Origin: Escherichia coli
GTDB lineage: Bacteria > Pseudomonadota > Gammaproteobacteria > Enterobacterales > Enterobacteriaceae
Assembly: GCF_030013205.1 (NCBI RefSeq)
Contig: NZ_CP122648.1
Direction: 5' to 3' (one strand)
DNA length: 64,000 nt
Positions 59,011-64,000 of the stretch are shown here, in pieces (within the stretch, counting starts at the first letter, position 1; every line of letters begins with the position of its first letter). The notes beneath the pieces were generated by a model. That model was not told the DNA's origin and did no database searches. It saw nothing but the letters and a program-made list of their open reading frames with translations. The position numbers were made by a program, and so were the translations under genes.

Positions 59011-59254
59011 TGCGACAACCTCATACTCAAGAGTCAAAATTTGCGTAATTTTACTACAGCTGAATCGATAAAATAGCCTCTGAAGATCAAAATATACGAC
59101 CGCTCGCGGCAAGCCGATGCCAGATTTGCGCTTTTTTTTCGTCGTGCCCCGCAAAATTGCATTCCAGTTAACGCGCTGGCTGTATTTGCCGCACCGCGCA
59201 GGTATACTCCTTTCCTGGTTTTTTTAATCACTACGTCGGGAGTTGTTACCCCCC

Positions 59255-59686
59255 ATGCAAGAAATTATGCAATTTGTTGGCCGTCATCCCATACTGAGTA
59301 TCGCCTGGATCGCGTTACTGGTGGCGGTTCTTGTGACTACGTTTAAGAGCCTGACCTCGAAAGTGAAGGTGATTACTCGTGGTGAAGCTACGCGTCTGAT
59401 CAACAAAGAAGATGCTGTGGTTGTGGATTTACGTCAGCGTGATGACTTCCGTAAAGGCCATATCGCAGGTTCTATCAACCTGTTGCCGAGCGAAATCAAA
59501 GCCAACAATGTTGGTGAGCTTGAGAAGCACAAAGACAAACCGGTTATCGTGGTAGACGGTTCTGGCATGCAGTGCCAGGAGCCTGCAAACGCGCTGACGA
59601 AAGCTGGTTTTGCGCAAGTATTCGTGCTGAAAGAGGGCGTTGCTGGCTGGGCTGGCGAAAACTTACCTCTGGTGCGCGGCAAATAA
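59255..59686 (+). CDS. yibN: Rhodanese-domain inner-membrane protein YibN, 143 aa
   Basis: [53 protein letters not shown]... Confidence 0.9.
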
Positions 59687-59827
59687 TTTACCTGTCGTCT
59701 TTCATGATGCAGGCCGTTAGCTGCAATTAGGCCCCCAGCGACTTATTGTTATAAGCTTCTGGGGACACTCCATTTTGCAGCCGCCCTGCAACAAGAAATT
59801 TCAGGGTAAAAAAACAGGAGCTAAGTT

Positions 59828-60079
59828 ATGGCCAATGTTGAAATCTATACCAAAGAAACCTGCCCGTATTGCCATCGTGCGAAAGCACTGCTGAGCAGCA
59901 AGGGCGTGAGTTTTCAGGAGTTGCCGATCGATGGCAACGCCGCTAAGCGTGAAGAGATGATCAAACGCAGCGGTCGCACCACGGTTCCCCAGATTTTTAT
60001 TGACGCACAGCACATTGGCGGCTGTGATGACTTGTATGCATTGGATGCACGTGGTGGACTGGATCCCCTGCTGAAATAA
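59828..60079 (+). CDS. grxC: Glutaredoxin 3, 83 aa
   Basis: [83 protein letters not shown]. Confidence 0.96.
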
Positions 60080-60141
60080 CGTGTGAACGTTGGCATTACA
60101 TTGCGCAGTATTTAAGGACAACACTTAAGGGTTTTCTACAC

Positions 60142-60609
60142 ATGTCAGAACAAAACAACACCGAAATGACTTTCCAGATCCAACGTATTTATACCAAGGA
60201 TATTTCTTTCGAAGCGCCGAACGCGCCGCACGTTTTCCAGAAAGATTGGCAGCCAGAAGTTAAACTTGATCTGGATACGGCATCTTCTCAACTGGCAGAT
60301 GACGTTTACGAAGTGGTACTGCGTGTTACCGTAACGGCCTCCCTGGGCGAAGAAACCGCGTTCCTGTGTGAAGTTCAGCAGGGCGGTATTTTCTCCATCG
60401 CGGGTATCGAAGGCACCCAGATGGCACATTGCCTGGGTGCATACTGCCCGAACATTCTGTTCCCGTATGCTCGTGAGTGCATCACCAGCATGGTATCCCG
60501 CGGTACATTCCCGCAACTGAACCTTGCGCCGGTTAACTTCGATGCGCTGTTCATGAACTATTTGCAGCAGCAGGCTGGCGAAGGTACTGAAGAACATCAG
60601 GATGCCTGA
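60142..60609 (+). CDS. secB: Protein-export chaperone SecB, 155 aa
   Basis: [64 protein letters not shown]... Confidence 0.97.
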
Positions 60610-61628
60610 TGAACCAACGTAATGCTTCAATGACTGTGATCGGTGCCGGCTCGTACGGCACCGCTCTTGCCATCACCCTGGCAAGAAATGGCCACGAGGT
60701 TGTCCTCTGGGGCCATGACCCTGAACATATCGCAACGCTTGAACACGACCGCTGTAACGCCGCGTTTCTCCCCGATGTGCCTTTTCCCGATACGCTCCAT
60801 CTTGAAAGCGATCTCGCCACTGCGCTGGCAGCCAGCCGTAATATTCTCGTCGTCGTACCCAGCCATGTCTTTGGTGAAGTGCTGCGTCAGATTAAACCGC
60901 TGATGCGTCCTGATGCGCGTCTGGTGTGGGCGACCAAAGGGCTGGAAGCGGAAACCGGGCGTCTGTTGCAGGACGTGGCGCGTGAGGCGTTAGGCGATCA
61001 AATTCCGCTGGCGGTTATCTCTGGCCCAACGTTTGCGAAAGAACTGGCGGCAGGTTTACCGACGGCCATTTCGCTGGCCTCTACCGACCAGACCTTTGCC
61101 GATGATCTCCAGCAGCTGCTGCACTGCGGCAAAAGTTTCCGCGTTTACAGCAACCCGGATTTCATTGGCGTGCAGCTTGGCGGCGCGGTGAAAAACGTCA
61201 TTGCCATTGGCGCGGGGATGTCCGACGGTATCGGTTTTGGTGCGAATGCGCGTACGGCGCTGATCACCCGTGGGCTGGCTGAAATGTCGCGTCTTGGCGC
61301 GGCGCTGGGGGCCGATCCTGCCACCTTTATGGGCATGGCGGGGCTGGGCGATCTGGTGCTTACCTGTACCGACAACCAGTCGCGTAACCGCCGTTTTGGC
61401 ATGATGCTCGGTCAGGGCATGGATGTACAAAGCGCGCAGGAGAAGATTGGTCAGGTGGTGGAAGGCTACCGCAATACGAAAGAAGTCCGCGAACTGGCGC
61501 ATCGCTTCGGCGTTGAAATGCCAATAACCGAGGAAATTTATCAAGTATTATATTGCGGAAAAAACGCGCGCGAGGCAGCATTGACGTTATTAGGTCGTGC
61601 ACGCAAGGACGAGCGCAGCAGCCACTAA
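60609..61628 (+). CDS. gpsA: NAD(P)H-dependent glycerol-3-phosphate dehydrogenase, 339 aa
   Basis: [55 protein letters not shown]... Confidence 0.96.
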   Translation: MNQRNASMTVIGAGSYGTALAITLARNGHEVVLWGHDPEHIATLEHDRCNAAFLPDVPFPDTLHLESDLATALAASRNILVVVPSHVFGEVLRQIKPLMRPDARLVWATKGLEAETGRLLQDVAREALGDQIPLAVISGPTFAKELAAGLPTAISLASTDQTFADDLQQLLHCGKSFRVYSNPDFIGVQLGGAVKNVIAIGAGMSDGIGFGANARTALITRGLAEMSRLGAALGADPATFMGMAGLGDLVLTCTDNQSRNRRFGMMLGQGMDVQSAQEKIGQVVEGYRNTKEVRELAHRFGVEMPITEEIYQVLYCGKNAREAALTLLGRARKDERSSH

Positions 61629-61707
61629 ACCCAGGAAACCTTTGTTACCGCTATGACCCGGCCCGCGCAGAACGGGCCGGTCATTATCTCATCGTGTGGA
61701 GTAAGCA

Positions 61708-62529
61708 ATGTCGTGTGAAGAACTGGAAATTGTCTGGAACAATATTAAAGCCGAAGCCAGAACGCTGGCGGATTGTGAGCCAATGCTGGCCAGTTTTTAC
61801 CACGCGACGCTACTCAAGCACGAAAACCTGGGCAGTGCACTGAGCTACATGCTGGCGAACAAGCTGTCATCGCCAATTATGCCTGCCATTGCTATCCGCG
61901 AAGTGGTGGAAGAGGCCTACGCCGCCGACCCGGAAATGATCGCTTCTGCGGCCTGTGATATTCAGGCAGTGCGTACCCGCGACCCGGCAGTCGATAAATA
62001 TTCGACTCCATTGTTATATCTGAAAGGTTTTCATGCCTTGCAGGCCTATCGTATCGGTCACTGGCTGTGGAATCAGGGCCGCCGCGCACTGGCAATATTT
62101 CTGCAAAACCAGGTTTCTGTAACGTTCCAGGTTGATATTCACCCGGCAGCAAAAATTGGTCGCGGTATCATGCTTGACCACGCCACGGGCATCGTTGTGG
62201 GTGAAACGGCGGTGATTGAAAACGACGTATCGATTCTGCAATCTGTGACGCTTGGCGGTACGGGTAAATCTGGTGGCGACCGTCATCCGAAAATTCGTGA
62301 AGGTGTGATGATTGGCGCGGGCGCGAAAATTCTCGGCAATATTGAAGTTGGGCGCGGCGCGAAGATTGGCGCAGGTTCCGTGGTGCTGCAACCGGTGCCG
62401 CCGCATACCACCGCCGCTGGCGTTCCGGCACGCATTGTCGGCAAGCCGGATAGCGATAAACCGTCAATGGATATGGATCAGCATTTCAACGGTATTAACC
62501 ATACGTTTGAATATGGGGATGGGATCTGA
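61708..62529 (+). CDS. cysE: Serine O-acetyltransferase, 273 aa
   Basis: MSCEELEIVWNNIKAEARTLADCEPMLASFYHATLLKHENLGSALSYMLANKL... hexapeptide repeats. Confidence 0.96.
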   Translation: MSCEELEIVWNNIKAEARTLADCEPMLASFYHATLLKHENLGSALSYMLANKLSSPIMPAIAIREVVEEAYAADPEMIASAACDIQAVRTRDPAVDKYSTPLLYLKGFHALQAYRIGHWLWNQGRRALAIFLQNQVSVTFQVDIHPAAKIGRGIMLDHATGIVVGETAVIENDVSILQSVTLGGTGKSGGDRHPKIREGVMIGAGAKILGNIEVGRGAKIGAGSVVLQPVPPHTTAAGVPARIVGKPDSDKPSMDMDQHFNGINHTFEYGDGI

Positions 62530-62543
62530 CGTCCTGTGATTGT

Positions 62544-62571
62544 GCCGGATGCGATGTAATCATCTATCCGG
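62544..62571. terminator. REP-like hairpin (GCCGGATG...CATC..ATCCGGC) between convergent cysE and trmL
   Basis: Imperfect inverted repeat in the 52-bp spacer. Confidence 0.5.
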
Positions 62572-62581
62572 CATACAGTAA

Positions 62582-63055
62582 CTAATCTCTCAACACCGCT
62601 CCCGGATATCCCAGCTGCCGCCAGGCTTCATACACCACGACCGACACCGCATTGGACAGGTTCATGCTGCGGCTGTCCGGCACCATTGGAATGCGAATTT
62701 TTTGTTCAGCGGGCAGGGCATCAAGAATGCTTGCTGGCAGGCCGCGCGTTTCCGGGCCGAACATCAGATAATCGCCATCCTGATAGCTTACGGCGCTGTG
62801 AGCAGGCGTACCTTTCGTGGTGAGGGCAAACAGGCGCTGGGGATTTTCTGCTTCGAGGAACGCGCGATAGTCATGATGACGCGTAACGGCGGTAAACTCG
62901 TGATAGTCCAGCCCCGCGCGGCGCAGGCGCTTATCGTCCCAGGCAAATCCCATTGGTTCGATGATATGCAGACGAAAGCCGGTATTAGCGCAAAGACGGA
63001 TGATGTTGCCAGTATTTGGCGGAATTTCTGGTTCGTAAAGTACGATGTTTAGCAT
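62582..63055 (-). CDS. trmL: tRNA (cytidine/uridine34-2'-O)-methyltransferase TrmL (YibK), 157 aa
   Basis: [54 protein letters not shown]... Confidence 0.93.
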   Translation of the reverse strand: MLNIVLYEPEIPPNTGNIIRLCANTGFRLHIIEPMGFAWDDKRLRRAGLDYHEFTAVTRHHDYRAFLEAENPQRLFALTTKGTPAHSAVSYQDGDYLMFGPETRGLPASILDALPAEQKIRIPMVPDSRSMNLSNAVSVVVYEAWRQLGYPGAVLRD

Positions 63056-63102
63056 ACTGCCCCCTTAGTGCGGGGGCAGGATAGCAGATATTCGTCTAAC
63101 CC

Positions 63103-64000
63103 TTAAGCTGCATTCCCTTTCGCCATCGGAGCCAGTGCCGCAGGCAACTCTTTATCCAGCCCCTGCACCAGCGAATCTTGCGTAATTTCGCTAATCGATT
63201 TCGCGCCAGTCAGCGTCATTGCCACTTTCATCTCTTTCTCGATCAGGTTCAGTAGATTGGCCACGCCCGCCTGGCCCGCTGTTGCCAGCGCATACAGGAA
63301 AGCACGACCCAGCAGTACGGTGTCGGCACCGAGCGCAATCATACGCACGACATCAAGCCCGTTACGAATCCCGCTATCTGCCAGAATGGCAATATCACCT
63401 TTCACCGCATCCGCAATAGCGGGCAATGCACGAGCGGAAGAGAGTACACCGTCCAGCTGGCGGCCACCGTGGTTAGAAACCACAATCCCATCAGCACCAA
63501 AACGTACTGCATCGCGCGCATCTTCCGGATCGAGGATCCCTTTGATCACCATCGGACCATCCCAGAAATCGCGGATCCACTCAAGGTCTTTCCATGAGAT
63601 GGACGGATCGAAGTTATTCCCCAGCCAGCCGATGTAATCTTCCAGTCCGGTCGGTTTGCCGAGGTAAGCCGAAATATTACCTAAATCATGTGGACGACCG
63701 TTCAGGCCCACATCCCACGCCCATTGCGGATGCGTCACCGCCTGCAAGTAACGGCGCATTGCCGCATTTGGGCCGCTCATACCCGAGTGTGCATCACGGT
63801 AACGCGCGCCCGGTGTCGGCATATCCACGGTGAAAACCAGCGTCGAGCAGCCTGCCGCTTTTGCTCGCTCCAGCGCGTTACGCATAAAGCCGCGATCGCG
63901 CAGCACATAAAGCTGGAACCACATCGGACGTTTAATGGCTGGAGCGACTTCTTCAATCGGGCAAACGGAAACCGTCGAGAGAGTAAACGGAATGCCATGC
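63103..64000 (-). CDS. lldD: L-lactate dehydrogenase (FMN-dependent), C-terminal ~300 codons; N-terminus lies beyond window end
   Basis: Frame is open to the window edge; C-terminal sequence ...[31 protein letters not shown]; the track ORF (63103..63924) simply starts at an internal Met. Confidence 0.9.
   Translation of the reverse strand, partial: HGIPFTLSTVSVCPIEEVAPAIKRPMWFQLYVLRDRGFMRNALERAKAAGCSTLVFTVDMPTPGARYRDAHSGMSGPNAAMRRYLQAVTHPQWAWDVGLNGRPHDLGNISAYLGKPTGLEDYIGWLGNNFDPSISWKDLEWIRDFWDGPMVIKGILDPEDARDAVRFGADGIVVSNHGGRQLDGVLSSARALPAIADAVKGDIAILADSGIRNGLDVVRMIALGADTVLLGRAFLYALATAGQAGVANLLNLIEKEMKVAMTLTGAKSISEITQDSLVQGLDKELPAALAPMAKGNAA

Noticed and set aside
57043-59076. Two long plus-strand ORFs (294 aa and 360 aa) antisense to envC and gpmI
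   Set aside because: Same reasoning: embedded antisense frames within conserved genes, low-complexity Arg/Gly/Val-rich translations.
57466-59154. 562-aa version of gpmI with N-terminal extension ([12 protein letters not shown]...)
   Set aside because: The extension is low-complexity and runs into the divergent promoter region; the conserved protein begins at [17 protein letters not shown], giving the expected 514 aa.

Overview
This window is a 64-kb stretch of Escherichia coli chromosome, recognised by reading the translated ORFs and the intergenic sequence directly; no database search was run. Gene order is yicL'–setC–selC(tRNA-Sec)–[IS2]–yicJ–yicI–[7.2-kb PTS/aldolase/kinase/isomerase island]–yicH–xanP–gltS–[288-aa orphan ORF]–recG–trmH–spoT–rpoZ–gmk–ligB–yicG–dinD–yicC–rph–pyrE–slmA–dut–coaBC–radC–rpmB–rpmG–mutM–coaD–waaA–waaQGP–(three GT8 genes, waaY, one GT25 gene)–waaL–waaC–waaF–hldD–kbl–tdh–waaH–yibQ–envC–gpmI–yibN–grxC–secB–gpsA–cysE–trmL–lldD'. 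The strain is not K-12 MG1655-like: the waa outer-core block has R1/R4-type gene content, rph is intact, and there are three segments that I recall being absent from K-12. These are a complete IS2 with a 5-bp target duplication 28 bp upstream of yicJ, a PTS sugar-utilisation island between yicI and yicH, and an uncharacterised 288-aa ORF wedged between gltS and recG. I found no CRISPR array, no integrase or prophage at selC, and no recognisable defence or toxin-antitoxin system. The most plausible candidates for undescribed biology are the orphan ORF and the substrate-unknown PTS island, both modest. Exact start codons are uncertain for several genes.
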